From Epiperipatus broadwayi (Eukaryota; Animalia; Onychophora): a stretch of 64,000 bases of DNA. The translations under genes and the position numbers were made by a program. Numbering within the stretch: position 1 is the stretch's first letter; each line of letters begins with the position of its first letter. Shown in pieces: positions 12,196 through 27,322 of this stretch. The DNA lies in the NCBI GenBank assembly GCA_028023455.1, contig JAQFVV010000003.1:3038001-3102000 (forward strand). The letters are read 5' to 3'. Under the pieces are notes generated by a model that was not told where the DNA came from, ran no database searches, and saw only the letters and a list, made by a program, of their open reading frames with translations.

Positions 12196-12900
12196 AATAA
12201 TTAATTTACCTTTTGTGAAATCTTTTTGTGTAATATGTTTGATGTTCTCTCAATATAATCCATTAAAGTGTCATTTTTACTCATCTATTTTTATCTATAT
12301 ATTGTAACCTGTTTTCAATCACTTTTAATTTAAGATTCCAGCTCATTTTTCTTGAACAAACTCATCTGCACATAATTCACCACCCGATTCTTATTTATAA
12401 GATAGTTCTTAATTTTATGGCCTCTAAATGTTTAAGCAAATATCATCAAGTCTTTTCAAATTATTCTATATAGGTTACATTTTCTATATCAAAAACATGC
12501 CAGATTTTTGATCAATTCTATTCTATTTTTTGCTTTTCTTTTTTAACTCTAATTCTTAACTATCAGTATTTTTTTTTTCATTTAATAAAATACTCTTTCT
12601 CTTCTTCAAGACAAGTATCTCTCATATTTCATTCTTCAGTTTTTATTCTTCCCATAAAATACTAATATCTGAGATCCTTCCTCATTAAATTTCATGTTCA
12701 TACTTTATCTTACCTCTCCACACTTCTCTAACAACAATTCCATATCATTTATACTATTTTCAAAAAATGCTGTATCATTTGTAAGAAAACAAAAAAATTA
12801 ACATATTAGGTATTCTCCTAGTTCCAACTTTATGAATCTCCAACTCTATCTCTAATATTTCTATCTCAACTTCCAATTTTCTTAGAAACAAAATAAATAA

Positions 12901-13025
12901 ACATCACATGATCACCATTTCTTATGCTTGTTCTTAACTGTTTATGTACAAGCCTTCTGGCACCCATTGATTATTTTGGCTTGCACTGAGTGGCAATACG
13001 TATAGAGAGTTTTGCCTGTTTTAAT
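12901..13025. mobile_element. Family A short fold-back copy (3' tail only)
   Basis: catcacatgatcaccatttcttatgcttg ... gagagttttgcctgttt. TSD aaacaaaataaataa at 12886-12900 and 13026-13040. Confidence 0.8.
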
Positions 13026-13427
13026 AAACAAAATAAATAATAAAAATAATAAGATATATCTACTTTAAGCCAATTTCACATTTAACTATTATTGATTTTA
13101 TATCTGCAAGTCCACATTTATAAAAGTATTCTTATAAAAATTATTAATCATTCTTAATAAATCTAAATCTATTTGCATATTTACAAGACTTTTCCACAAT
13201 ATGTTCTTATTCATCCTAAAGTTTTTTTAATCTAAAAATCCAAGAAAAATAATGGTTTATTTTCCTTAAAAAACATTTTAATCAACTAAATAACAATAAA
13301 TTGTCTTCTATATATCTCCCAGAATGAAATTCATTCTAAATCTCTTTCAAGATTATATTCTCTTACATCTAAGTTCTAATCCAATCCACTAATACTTGTA
13401 ATATATATATTAACTATAGAAATTATT

Positions 13428-13798
13428 AAAATATCACATGATCACATGTTGTTAATAAGAGTACCAAACTCTCCAGACAAGAGTGCCATCAATTGCAATC
13501 CTTAACAATCAATGGATGCAGGAACGTTTGTGCATAAAATCCCCTACTAATGCCTACTCATCCAACATTTACAGACTAGTTTCTGATTTGTGACTTTCAT
13601 CAGTGAGGAGCCTTGGATTAGAGAACAGTATATTAGATCCTAAGATCTAGGTGCAGTGCTTTTAGATTCAGAACTAGTTTGGAGATGTTGAATGAGTAGG
13701 CACCATATAGAGATTTTATGCATAAACCTTCCTGCATCCATTGATTAGGAAGGCTTGTACCTGGTGGCACCACTGTATGGAGAGTTTGGTACCCTTAT
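13428..13798. mobile_element. Family A fold-back copy with HHR (-, ~13571-13608)
   Basis: Inverted arms. TSD tatagaaattatt at 13415-13427 and 13799-13811. Confidence 0.85.
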
Positions 13799-16700
13799 TA
13801 TAGAAATTATTGCTATTGGTCTATAATCATTTATCAGCCTAATCTTTTTTTTCCATTTATTTTATATTTTAATCTCTCACATTTTTCCGTTCATCTGGAA
13901 TATTATTATCATCTATAAATTTATTAAAACTTTTATTTTAAACCATTCCTTGCATATTTTCCATATATATCTATTGCCACACTGCTTCCATATATGTATC
14001 CCTCTTGTTTTTATATAATCTTATTGTTCTATTCAATTCTACATCCATCACTCTATCCATTTTTTCACAAATTAGTTCTATTAAATTATATTCACTCAAA
14101 ACTCTTCACTCTTTTACAAGTTTTATCCTATTCACTTCAATCTGCATTTATGATAGCTTTTTCTTATTTTTTCTTCTCCTTTCCACATTACTTTTTTTAA
14201 TTAATTTTGTATTAAATTTACTCTATTTTCAGCTTAATTCTATTTTCTGCTATTTTTTTTTAATTAGCTAATAATTTCTCTTCCAATTATTTATTTCTTA
14301 AAAGCTTTTTTATGCTTTTATATGCCTTTATTATGTATATTTTCTAGTATTTGTCCTCCATTTTCTTCTATAGTTCTAAATAAATACTTATTTGCAATCT
14401 TTTTAATTATAATTATTCACTTTTCATATATTTTAAATTTATCATCTTTCCAATATATTATTAGAAATCTCAATTTAAAATTCACTTTTTTCTCATCCAT
14501 CTTTATCAATCAATCTTTCAATAAGTTTTAATATCTAATCTTTCAGATATTTATAATACAAAATTGTTTTTTATCCACCAACACATAATTGACAATGTAC
14601 TTAAAATTCTGTTCTTGATCATGTAAGCTCTCCATAGTATATTTTATTCAAATTTCAATTTTCAACATATTTTTTCACACCTCTCTTTTGTGTAATGCTC
14701 CATGCCTATTCTCCACTCCATCAATTTTATTATCAATATTTTACAATTACTTTTTTGTAAATTCATTTAAATCTCTGCATAAATATTCCAAAATACTCTC
14801 ATTCCATTCTTTTACATCCTTGTCATTTTGACTAACTAAATATAGTTATGCCATGAATCCATTTTTCTTTACCCAATTTCAATCTAAACCTCATCTATTC
14901 TTCATAATTTCTTTTTAAAATATTCTACTTAATAAACTTAAACTCCTTCTCTTCTTATTCTTATCACATCTATTTACTCTCTTCACTTAATATTTCTGAA
15001 GATTTCCTATTGCTAACAAATCTAAATGTTTCCCTATAAAAACCTCCTCTTGGCTTATTCATATTTTTTTATTTCCTTACATATTTATCAAATCAATTTT
15101 TATATTAACATCCTTGTTATTATTTTAAATACTCTGTTCTTATAATTCCTTTCAGGCATTATTTGTAAAACAGTTCCTTTCAATTTTTACATTACACATT
15201 ACCTCTAAATATAAGCATATCCTTCATCTTCACCTCTAAATCTAAGCAGATACTTCCTTTTCATTTTTATTTTCAGTATTGCATCTTTATTTTTATATAT
15301 ACACATAAACTATCATTTTTTTAACTTAATGAATAATAAAATGTATTATAAATTAATTTAATACTTGCTTAATTCAACTCTCACTAATAAATGTAACCCA
15401 TCCTTTTTAAATAAATTTCTATTTCTAAAGAACACATTCAACATAATCTAAAAATTAAAACATTACTTTCATATAGCATTTTAGTCTCAAATTTACCTTA
15501 TAATTAAATCTGAGAAATAACTCCACCATTCAATATCTTTCCATTCCTTTCTTTAAAACACACAGTCATATCTTCAAAATGTCTTAGTGTCACCAACAGT
15601 GCAATATTATTACCTTTATTATTTTTCCTAACATTCTAATAATATCATAAGCTGTAAAGCACACTCTTTATATCGTCTCTGTATTTTTTTCTAACTATCA
15701 TATTTCTGATATCTCCTAATTATTGAATGACCCAGCAATATATTCTCCTTATTCTTTACTTTCCTTTTCTGTAGCATATCTTTATTATCTTTGAATAAAC
15801 TTTTTCCATAGGCATATTCCCCTCAAATTCATAATTTCTAGAATTTTGTAGAAAGTACATCAGAAGGTGGTAATTCAGGTCAACATGACTATTCAAAAGT
15901 AACTTCTCAATTATAGTATATTCCTTAAGTAACAACACATCTTCAAAATTGAAATTGGAAGCTAAAATAGTTGATATAATATACAAACATTTTTTGAATT
16001 TTGAAAAACAAAAATATTTTACATTTCAAATAAAATAAAAACATTTAATTTAGCAAAACTCATAGGAAAAAAGATGACATTTAAATGGTCACTCTCTTCT
16101 TATATAATTCTGCCTATATTTCATAACCATTATAGTTTCTATCTATTATTATGAATTTTAATAGGAGATTCCAAAACATTAACTTCTCTAAACCAAGTGT
16201 TAAATATATCATAAATATATGATTAGTTCATTGTTTCTATTTCTCTCATAAAATATTTATTTGTCATTACATTCAAGAGAATACTCATTAGTGTTAATTA
16301 GCTAACGTAAAATTATTTCACGGTTGTATAACATTTTACAATAAAAAGATTGATTCTCTCCATTTTTTAGAATAAAAATATCCTTTATTCTTTTTTCAAT
16401 AAATCTTTTTCTAATGGTACAGTTCCTTTTATTAATATTGGAACATAATTTCACTTGAGGAAACAAATAAAACTTGGCAATTATCAATATCAATCTAATA
16501 TTGAATAAACTTTTGAATTTTATGAAACTTTATCTTACATTTGCCATACCAATGTATATCACACAAATCTCCTTTGGTTCATTCCTTTACTATTTCACCA
16601 TATGATTATTGGCCAATATAATAAAGTAATGGTTTGGTAAAAGCAATATTATTGAAACATTCAAGGCCCAATAGTAAGTTAATATATTTAAATTTCTAGA

Positions 16701-18149
16701 TTTTAGCACTCCCTGCCAGAAACTGCTTCAGCATATGGAAATCTGTTTGTCAGTATCTTTTGTTGTTGTTGTTGTTGCTTTATTAAAAATATAATCAGAT
16801 GATATTTTGATATGTAAAAAGATTAAAACTGAAAGTTGTGATTGGTAGCACTTTCAACCCATCAATTTGATGCCATGGCTGTATGAAAATAGAGTATGAA
16901 GAGACACTACTGTACAATACAGCCATGAAAGCTATAATTAAAGTCAATACACTCTATAAACTTATACAGCCAGATCAATTATTTTCACAGGGTCTTAAGA
17001 TAATGAAGATAGTGTGAATAAGTTGAAAACAGAGTTTGTACTTATTGGATAGTGGAAAGCCTTTAAATATAAAGCCTGATTGTGACAAATAATACACCTG
17101 AATATGTTAAATTTTTTTGGAAGATCATATCAACTTTTACTATATAAAACCAACAGAATATGTATTTTGAGATCATATGACATTAAAATAGTAGAAGTGA
17201 CATATTGAACTTCAATTCAGAAACTTTTAGCTTTAGAAACTTTTAGCTTTTAAGTTATCATTGCACTAATGTTCCACATAAACAGAGCATAAACAATAAG
17301 TTAGTGCATTGCATATTGCTGAATATTTTTTGATGCCTTATAGGATACAGTCCTGACTCTTTAAAAGCAGTACTGCTTTTAATACATACATTGTTGTGTT
17401 CTCTCTAAGCTGTCTCTTTCACTCATTCATTTTCTCTATATATTTTTTATTGTATTATTTTCAGTCACATAAGAGACCAGTCATCTTGTTCTCATGCCAT
17501 AAATCATTTCTCTAATATAGCAATAAAATTATGGGTTTTGAAATATGGGTTTGCAAAACCCAAGGTGCAATAGTGAGATGCAACCTTTTTTTTCATTTCT
17601 TGATCATACCTTTACCTACATGATTTAATGCAGCAGTATAGAAAAAGATTCAAGAACTAACAGTCCATAGATCCGATCAAGAACTAAGAATATATGGATC
17701 TCAATTCAGATACATCATTTCCAAATGAAGAGTGGCAGACTATTTGATTAGTTTTTACTCTTATTTTATACAGGCATTTCTATTGTGTTTCATTTTCTCT
17801 CTTTTAGCAATCAATCCCTCACAAAAGGGGGCTGCAGCTTTTTTTTTAATTTTTGGGTTTCTCATGGTCTTTTTATCTGTTTGTGTCTTGCCTTTTTTAA
17901 ATTCACTTTATTCAATTTTCTTTTTTAAAATCTTATTAATATATGTTGCTAAGAAGATGTAAAAGGATAGAGAAAAATCAATGGATGCAAAGATACAAGA
18001 TGATATCAATTGCCTTTAACTATAGCATATTGAAATAATGATCTCCGTAGAATCTGTTCTTAGAAAGGAATCTACAAATGATGTATATTTTCATTTTAGG
18101 AATAACTGTATTTATTAAGTCCCCTCAGCACAAATTGAGTTAGTTAGAT

Positions 18150-19770
18150 GAATAGCAAGGCACTGATTGTAAATAATAAAATATGAATAAAATATGACGA
18201 AATTTTGGCAAAGACTCTAATACCACCTCAGACATGGATTGAATTGACCAGTAAAATATTTAAAAATACACACAAATTGTGGCTATTAAATCATGCCCTC
18301 TGTGATCTTGGAATATCAGAACTTTATGAATATCTGGGAAATTATTCTTTAAAAAAATTAAAAAATATATTTATAACATTTTTGGATAGTAAAAATCTGA
18401 ATTGACTTTAGAGAATTAAATGATTGGGAGGATTTATGGTCTGGATATGATAGTTCAAAATATAAAACCAGTGTAAAATTTTTATCAAGTAAAAGGAAGC
18501 AAAATATTTATAATAAGTATAAATTCAAAGATGTGAAAACTGAAGGCAAACACTTTTTACTTTACAAAAATCAAAGTGTTCATATGTTCTTAAATTGAAT
18601 AGTATAGAAAAATGAGATAAAATAATTTTATATATAACTGAAATTAACTCTTGATGATGTAGCTCATAAAGACATAAGAATCATTGGAGGAGATGAGAAT
18701 GCCATCATTGGAATTACTATTGAAAAATGGGGATAAGTTGTGGGAAAATACAACTTTGGAAAAAGAAACAAACAGGATTAAAAGACTTAGAATTAACTCT
18801 AAAATATATAATAATATTTTCAAAATATAATTCCAACAAGTTTAAAAAAAATAGTTAAGAATAACAAAGAATGTAAAAACAACTTTTTGAGTTTGCACAA
18901 TGAATTATTATTATGGTAACATATATGAATTTAGTTAGCCCATAAATAAGATTATACATTATCATTGCAACATATTTAATATTTGTGATTTTTACAGGTT
19001 TATTGAGAAATCAAAAATGATTATGTGAAGGTGTGGAGATAGTCAAAACTATTAAAGACATTAGATAATAAGATTTAGTCTCTAAAGGTACTAATCATAC
19101 ATCTCGAAAGAATAATGAATGAGATCAAACAATAGCAAAAAAACATCTGGTATGGAATGAGAGGAAATAATTTAAGATAAACATATAATATAGTAATCAT
19201 TGATGAACATAGAAAAATAATGGAATAAATATTAGAGATACTATATAATAAAATATATGGATTATAAAAGTAAAACAAAGAGAAGCTGAAAAGAAAAGTC
19301 GGAATTGATGAAAATAAACTAGACAATATAGAAATATTTGTATGTCTTGGAGGTAAACTTGACTTCCAGAAAATAAAATTAAATTAAAAACAACCAAAGC
19401 AAAGATATGTAGTTACAAAAAAATTAAATGCACTGATACATGCGTGCTTACTAATGTGTTATAAAGTTGAGAAATTGGGTGAAAACAAAGAATTCAATGA
19501 GAAGCAAGACAGCTTTTAAAAAAAACCTGCTATAGGAAATTTCTGAGAATTGTATAGATGCAAAAAGTATTCAATGAAGAATTAAGTAAGAAAATAAATC
19601 AGAAAGTTATTGGTAGGAAATTATAAATGTTAAGTCATATGTATATAATGAACGATGCTTAGAATTCAAAAGCTCTAATTTTTTGAATTATACAAGATAC
19701 AAAAAAAAAACCACTCTGAAAATGGATAGATGACACTATAAAAGATATACAAATCTGAATGAAGTTGGTG
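18150..19770 (+). mobile_element. Decayed RTE-like LINE
   Basis: IIGGDENAIIG (APE GDFNA-like motif); RT C-terminal remnants ending in KWIDD. Confidence 0.6.
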
Positions 19771-20242
19771 AAAAAAACAGTATACACTTTTAGGTACTAT
19801 GCCCATAATTCTTAATAATTACATCTATATGTGTGCGAACATGTTTATATGTGAGTGGAAAGGTCTTTTTCTTTGTTATCTGTCTCTGAAAAATGCTGGT
19901 AAAATTAGTGAGCTAAATCTGTTTAATCTTTTGATACATATCTATTTATAATCCTACAACCAGTAAGTATGGATATGAAAACCTGAAACACTATAGGTAG
20001 ATGTTTTTGTTGTTATCATAATTGGTTTTTTACTTATTGATTATACTAATCCTTTTATGCTAAAATCTTATATAAGGTGTTTTTTTACCTTTATTATTTT
20101 ACCTCTATTTTTACCTTGTTTCCTTGCAAATTACTGTTTTACTATGTTCTAATATCTTATTACTAGATTAATATTTATCATTGATGATCACACTCACATC
20201 ATCATTTCAATCTGAAAAAAAAAAAATCAAAATATTTCCATA

Positions 20243-20645
20243 TATAGAGGCCAAAATCTCTGTACAGTAGTATCACTCAGTGCAAGACAGAATAATCAAT
20301 GAATACAAGAAGGTTTGTGCTAAAATTCCTTCTAGTGCATACTCATCCTATATTTCCAAACTAATTTCTAGCTTGTGGCTTTCATCAGTGAGGAGCCTTG
20401 GATGTGAGAGATCCTAAGATCTAGGTTCAATGCTCTCAGATCCAAGGCTTCTCACTGATGAAAGCCATAAGCTAGAAACTAGTCTGGGGATATTGTATGA
20501 GTAGGCACTAGATAGAAATTTTATACGCAAACCTTCTTGCATCCATTAATTATTCTGGCTTGCACTGAGTGGCACTACTATATCGAGAGTTTAACTTCTG
20601 TGTAAATAGCTCGCATCAGTATAAAGAATGGTGATCATGTGATGC
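20243..20645. mobile_element. Family A fold-back copy with two HHRs (20356-20393 -, 20451-20488 +)
   Basis: ctca-CTGATGA-aagccataagcta-GAAA-ctag-TC-tggg. TSD-like aatatt(t/c)ccata at 20231-20242 and 20646-20657. Confidence 0.85.
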
Positions 20646-22484
20646 AATATTCCCATACATTGTGTTGAAAATTTTAGAAAGGACAGAAAAGGCCCCCATT
20701 TATATAAAAATAGAAGTCAATGTCAATTTAATACTTAAAAATACATTTATATAATAAGTGTACAGGTACATTAGTGCTCTTTAATGAAAATTTAAACTTT
20801 AATGTCATCAAAATACTAAATGTTTCATTTACAACTTAGCCTCATATGCTAAAAGTCTAAACATCTAGGAAACATGTCAGAATAGTGGCCCAAAATTTAT
20901 ATATAGTTAACTTTAACCAATATATTTTACTTTTAAAAAGTAAATATGTAATATAAAAAATAAATCTGTTTCTTTTACATTAGGTAGTGGTTAACAATAT
21001 TAAAAGTTTAAATTTGAATGAGAGAATGCTAAAATGTGCTTTTATTTACTACATTTATCCTCAATACATTTATTAATATATAAAATAAACATCTTACAAT
21101 CAATTCTAAAATGTTAATCATTATATGTGAAATCACTTGATGATACAATCAATGCTTTATGAGTACTGCAGTAAGATTCTGAATTTATAATAGTCATTAA
21201 ACAAAAATGCCAAAAATGCAATATGGTATCACTCTTCTATTTAATTATGTGAAAATTCCAATTCTTTAAAGTTTTGAACTAAAGCAATTAATCTAAGAAT
21301 TCAACAATCTACATGGCAATTAAACCTCTGACCCAAACATTATATATTAAAGAAAGTATCATCACTCTTTCATGGGTCAATACATTAAAAAAAATACTCA
21401 CTGAATAGGCAATAGATACCAAATGATTGATTTTGGGATAAATGTCTTTATTAACTGGTCATTAAAATCATAAAATATTGCTACACTCTAATATATATAA
21501 ATCACTAAAGGCTCTGTGTAGTATGTAGCAGCAATGAGAGAAACATACTTAAAAGCTAAAGGTTCCTAGGTTGATCCCCAAATTGAGAAGCTTTTCTAAA
21601 AAAAGCTTTTTTTGCACAGTTAGTAATGAAATTATAATGCTCAGATATCATGGTGATGCTTGAATGTCACTTGACCTATATAGAGTAACTAAGTGATCAT
21701 GCAAGAAATAATTAAGTATTTACATAAAGGTAATATAAAAGTATCTCACACTAATGGCTTACGGAGGTAAATCATAATATTTTTGATAATATAACTTTGT
21801 TTTTTTTTTATAAAAAAAAAAAAGAACAAACAATTTATTACAAATAAGCTACAAAAATAATAATAACTGTATGATTATTTGTTTAGAACGTCATGTGAGA
21901 CTTAAACACTCAAATGGCAGTGTCAGCCCAATCACTGTTCAATTAACCAAACTGACATAAATTTTACTCAACTTAAAATCGAGACAGAAATCCTTAATTT
22001 GATTCTGCCATTCTACTGCAGTGCTAAAACAAATTATTAATAATATTTACAAAATAATAGTTATTATAAAAGATAACATTTGTCTACTTACTTTGCAATT
22101 GCTTAGTTCTTCAGTAACAACTGCTAGATAAAAAGAAAAAAAAATTTCATTAAAAGAATAAAAAAATTAGATCTAAACTACGAGTTATGTTCGAGTTATG
22201 TTCGTAGAAGCAGCACAAGACATAAAGCTTATCACAGCAATGTTGGGGGGGGGGGGCATTTTTAAAATTAGAAGCTTGAAAAATGAAAAGTATAAACATG
22301 CAACTTTAAGAAATAAAAATATATTCTTTTATCATCTACTTTTATAGTGTAAATAAACCAAAAATTAACTACAGTATATATAAAATATAGTGTAATAATA
22401 ATTGTCCAATTAAAGCCAGTTTAGCCTTGAATTTAGAAGTAATTAATTATTTTGTAACTGCCATTTAATCTAAAAACTTAATTC

Positions 22485-22830
22485 AACAATTACTATTATA
22501 TTATTTCTATATAATTTGATATTTGAAAATATTGTAAATTATAATGTCCGAGTTTCTAACAATTATTAATTACGTAAATTGCAATATGTGAATATTTGAA
22601 AATTATAGATGAAATTCACAAATATTCACATGATAAATATTTGTGAATTTCATCTATAATTTTCAAATAAAATAACTATCAGTGATAGTTCTTTTATTTG
22701 AAAATTATAGATGAAATTCACAAATATTCACATGTTGCAATTTACGTAATTAATAATTGTTAGAAACTCTGACAGTATAATTTACAATATTTTCAAATAT
22801 CAAATTATATAGAATAATATAATAGTGATA
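22485..22830. repeat. Family E nested fold-back (three copies of a ~40-bp core inside long inverted arms)
   Basis: atttgaaaattatagatgaaattcacaaatatt appears twice forward and once reversed; outer arms are inverted. Confidence 0.8.
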
Positions 22831-22859
22831 CTGAACTAAGTAAGAATTTCAACTCAAAT

Positions 22860-23700
22860 GGGTAAAATGATACAAGATGCAAGTTTCAAAAGAAAAAATC
22901 AGAATGGCTCTGGCTCACAAAGTGACGAGCATAGTGTTGTGGGCTCAAATATTGAGCTGTGTGGTGAGCAAGAGGAGAAAACTGAGGGTCTCTCGAGGTA
23001 AAAGAGAAAAAGAAAAAGAGAAGACAGAAGAAGCTGACTCAATACGAGTCAGACAATGAGATGGAAACTGAATCAGAAGGTCAGATAATCAATGACCCAG
23101 AGGTAATGGAACATGATATTTTAGCTCATCCCATGATCTTCAAACATATTGTTGAATCTAAAGGGGTATGTATGTAGCGAGAGTGAAGTAGGGCAGGTAA
23201 TCTCAGAAGAGGCAGACAATCCAGAGGAATAAATCAATAACATAGAAGAATCAATGGATGAGGCTCATAGTGACAGGCCTGGAAGCAGGCAAGGTGAAAT
23301 AGCACAGGTTACCTCAGAAGAGTCTGATAATCCAGTGGAAGAACTTGATAATGTAGAAGAACAATGGAGATGAGGCTTGTAGTGACAATTCTAGAAGCGA
23401 GGACTGTCCAAAGGAAATGCAGCAACAAATTAGTACTAGCCCTGTGTGTACTGATGAAACAGAAGAAATCACAGATGCTCACAAGAGGAAAATTTTGAAA
23501 AAGATTCGGAACAGGAAAGCGATGGAAATTCAGAAATGGTTTAAAGTATGAATTCCATAGATGTGGTTTATACAAAGATATGGCAATATGGATGAAGTTC
23601 GAAGAATCTGTGAATTAAAGGACTTGGCAATTCTAAGACTCTTATGAATCAATGAAAAAGACTAGGGTTATTGACTGTGGTATGATCTCAAGATCTTTTT
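22860..23700 (+). pseudogene. Purine-rich, acidic, coding-like relic with an internal ~115-bp tandem duplication
   Basis: ctcagaagag..gacaatccag...gaggct..tagtgaca unit occurs twice (~23195 and ~23307); all frames are broken. Confidence 0.3.
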
Positions 23701-24174
23701 AAACAAATGTATTTACATCATGTAGTGGGTGATCAGTCACCTGTATTTGTTTTTCATTAATAAAATAACTGTCATCACATTTACAAGTTTGTAATCAATA
23801 ATTGTCAGATGATAATGAATTTAAGTTCCTATCTAGATTTGTCTTTTATCAATGAAAATTTAGGACTTAAAATTGATTTTATGTTCTCACAATCTTTATT
23901 CCATCTGATGTGAGCTTTATTAACCAATAGATGCTAGATTGTGATAACAAGTGCTATGGGATACTTTGTTGGTTTTATTAAAACCTGAATCACATCTGGC
24001 AATGATTATTAACTCATTCTCTATTATCAAGCTAAAACCTTGAAATTATATCAAATTAATGAACTTTGTGTGGTAATATAAATATAACTCCCTGTTTATA
24101 ATTATATATTATGAATAATTTGTTCATTTCTAACTGAATGCATCTTTTTCTTTGCCATTGAATAAGTATATATC

Positions 24175-26000
24175 GTACCAGGTACATTCGGAAGATGATC
24201 CAGAGTACTCTATTTGCTAGGTTTAACTGGGTTTAAACCTTATTTATCATAATTTTATATTACACATATTATGTGCATGGACCGGCTCTTTGAGCAGAGG
24301 AGAGAATACCATTAAAGAACTATCAATGATACCCACAATCAGACCAAGCTATGCAATGCATAACACGATCACATTTCCAGACTGTGGCCCACCATGACTG
24401 TTAGATTCAAACCCCTACTATCTAAACACTTTATTTGTTTTGAGGTAAACTTCAGGTGCCAGCTAGCTACGAGAACTAATGTGCCATGACAGTAGGCCCA
24501 TAATCCAGCACTCGAAATATCCCATGACTAGCTCAATCAAAAGAATAATCTAACACATTATTGCTTTAATTAGTGGTAAAGAATTGACCAACAAATATTA
24601 CATTTCCAGATAATTTATTTTAACTAAACATTTATTATTCTAATTTTAATTACTTATATGAAACTTAATTAAATGAAACAATGATTTATCATAACCTCAG
24701 GCTCACACATATATAATAGCAATAGAATATAACAAAGAATATTAAATAATACAAGACACTTTAAAATACATGTAATCAATATAAAATATCCTAAAGCATT
24801 AACATACACATTTCAAAAACATGCACATCCATAGTTCTTTATGCATGCAGTAGAGTTCATTTATTAACTGACTCTAGGAGGCTTTAAGGATTGCAATGGC
24901 TACTTTAATATCAGAAATGGAAATAATAAAAGTTCCTCATTACTTATAGGATTTGAACGTTGACTTTTTGCTGGTTGTTGCTTCACGTGAAAATCTTTCC
25001 AACCAGTTGGATTTGAGGTTCTGTGGAGGTTCAATGCTTATTTTGTGGCACTATTCTTTAAAATAGTTAGATATTCCTGGCGAATTTTTCAAGTTGTTAG
25101 GCTGGCATCACTTTTATTGGGCAAGTTAGCTGTTCATTTGGACTCAGGCTGGAGCATGGTCATATGTTTCCGATGTTGATTAACACTGCATGATTGACAG
25201 ATGGATTTAATTTGATTGTGATCTTGACTGATAGATTGAACTCAACTCTGAAATGAACTCACTGATAGATTGAACTCAACTGGTTGATCGATGAAAAACA
25301 GGACTATTTATATGATGAGTTGTTGTCACTTTGGTAATTGGGTTTTGTCTGCCGGCTATATCTGTTGTTGAAATTCCTCCACTGTTTTTGAATATGATTT
25401 TAATCCTGTTGTTTGAGATCTTTTAATTAGTAGCCATTGCAAATTTGTTGTTTTGTGGATTTTTTTTAACTTAGGAGCCATTGCTGAATCTGTTTTTCAA
25501 TTTTTTAATCTTCATATATCACTTTATCAACATACACACATTTATTTTACTATTCCTTATGTTTACAATCGCTATTAATGTACATATATATTTAAAATCA
25601 AATTGTTATTTAGTTTTTAAAATTACTTTCCCTTTTTCCTTTCTTTAATAATTTAAATGGAAAGAGAGATATTTTTAATTTTATGTAAAGGATTCATTTA
25701 AACCGCTATAGTTTTAACCTTTTCTAAGCCAAATTCTTTCCCTCGAACTGCTTTTAAATTAATTCGTAAAACTTTGCGAATGACACAGAGTTTAATTTTC
25801 TCTCGGGCTAACAGTATTTTCTTCTTTCTTTATTTTTAAAAACTCTAAGCTTTTATATTAAACTTACCTTTATTAAACTTTTAACTATTTATTATCAAAT
25901 TGAAACTTTACGTTGTTTTATGAGAATTTTTTATTTTTAATAATTTTTATTCATAATTTTTATTCAAAATTATTATATGTACAGCTAAGTTATCGGTACA
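24175..26000. mobile_element. Solo LTR-like segment inserted in (TA)n
   Basis: Starts tata|cgtacc and ends cggtaca|atatatatat (TGTACC...GGTACA-like termini); interior is GC-richer. Confidence 0.35.
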
Positions 26001-27322
26001 ATATATATATATGAGATAAGGTTTATTAAAAACAAATTATAATTCCTACCTGGTTACAATTATTTGTAATCAAAGTAGAAATTATACTATTATTATTCTA
26101 TTTTACTTTCTTTGCATTTCTTCATATATTCATATATATTGCTTATAATAACTTCTTTCACATACACTTTAATGCAAAAAAATTTTTTAATCAAACTTCT
26201 TTATTTTCCTGACAGTTTCAAATGTCCAACAGTCTTCATCAGAGCTTTCTGAACCTTCCTTTGCTTTTTAAAGTGTATATGAAAAAAGATATAAGCAATA
26301 TATATTAAAGTAGAAATTACTGTAAACCCCCAATAAGCTATGTATAAACTAATGCAAACCCATCAATAAATGTAAAAACAAAGTAAGCATTCAATTTATT
26401 GAAGTATTTCAATTCAGAGCATGAATTTTGTATATTAAGATGATTTCAGTATGACCATAAACCACTGTGTCATCATTCTAAACAGAGGATAAAAGCTGCA
26501 GCTCATTTTTAACAACACCTGAATATTAAATGAAATATCAGTTAATAGATATAAATATAAATAATAAAATCTCAATGCAAATGAAATTAAAGCAGATGGT
26601 TAAGCCCCAGTGAGCTATATATAAATTAATATAACCCCATGAATAAATGAAAAAGAATATAAGCACAAAGATATTTTTATTTTTAAAAAAATGTATTCAG
26701 TAAAAGCCATATTTGTTTATTTGCAATGATGAAATTAAATTTGAAGTAATTAAACTCAAAGTGAAATAAAAATAATATATGTTACAGCAAATAATAAACT
26801 ATTACTAGTGTGTCCAATTTCACTGAAATAATCAATGAATGTAAAATTGTTCATTTAAAAACAATAAACATACATTCAGTAATAATTTACAATGTCTAGG
26901 ATTTATTAAATTTTACTAATTAGGATTGGGAAAAGTAAATTCAAAATAAATTAATGAAAAAACCTTTTAATTAATGTTTTTATTTATTGCAACAAGTCAA
27001 AACATTATGACATTTCAATCTGCATAATATTGCTGTCTTCTTGCATTTGTAATTCAGATTTCATTCAAGTTAAAAGAATAAAAACTTTCAATCACTGCCT
27101 TTCATATGTAGAAAAAAATCATTCAAATGGAATTCCTGTTTCTGATATGAATTGTGAAAAAGAGAAGATGCTCAATTCATTTTAGCTACTTCTTAAAATT
27201 CAAATTAGTTTCTATTGACTAAGTATAAGAGATTGCTTTAAAAAAACCATAAGGGTAAGTAAGGGTAATCTTTCAAAACATTTATAAATAGCTCAAATAA
27301 TGAAAACATGGAGTATTTTAGT

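Larger units (their letters stand above)
12290..16000 (-). mobile_element. Heavily decayed LINE RT-region relic(s), interrupted by two family A insertions
   Basis: Strong purine skew on the minus strand, fragmentary RT-like motifs, and local similarity to 48635-51640. Confidence 0.45.

Noticed and set aside
13994-14531. Hydrophobic plus-strand ORFs suggesting membrane proteins (also 48643-49541)
   Set aside because: They are antisense readings of pyrimidine-rich decayed LINE sequence.
21505-21590. tRNA-like sequence
   Set aside because: Only vague A/B-box resemblance and no cloverleaf.
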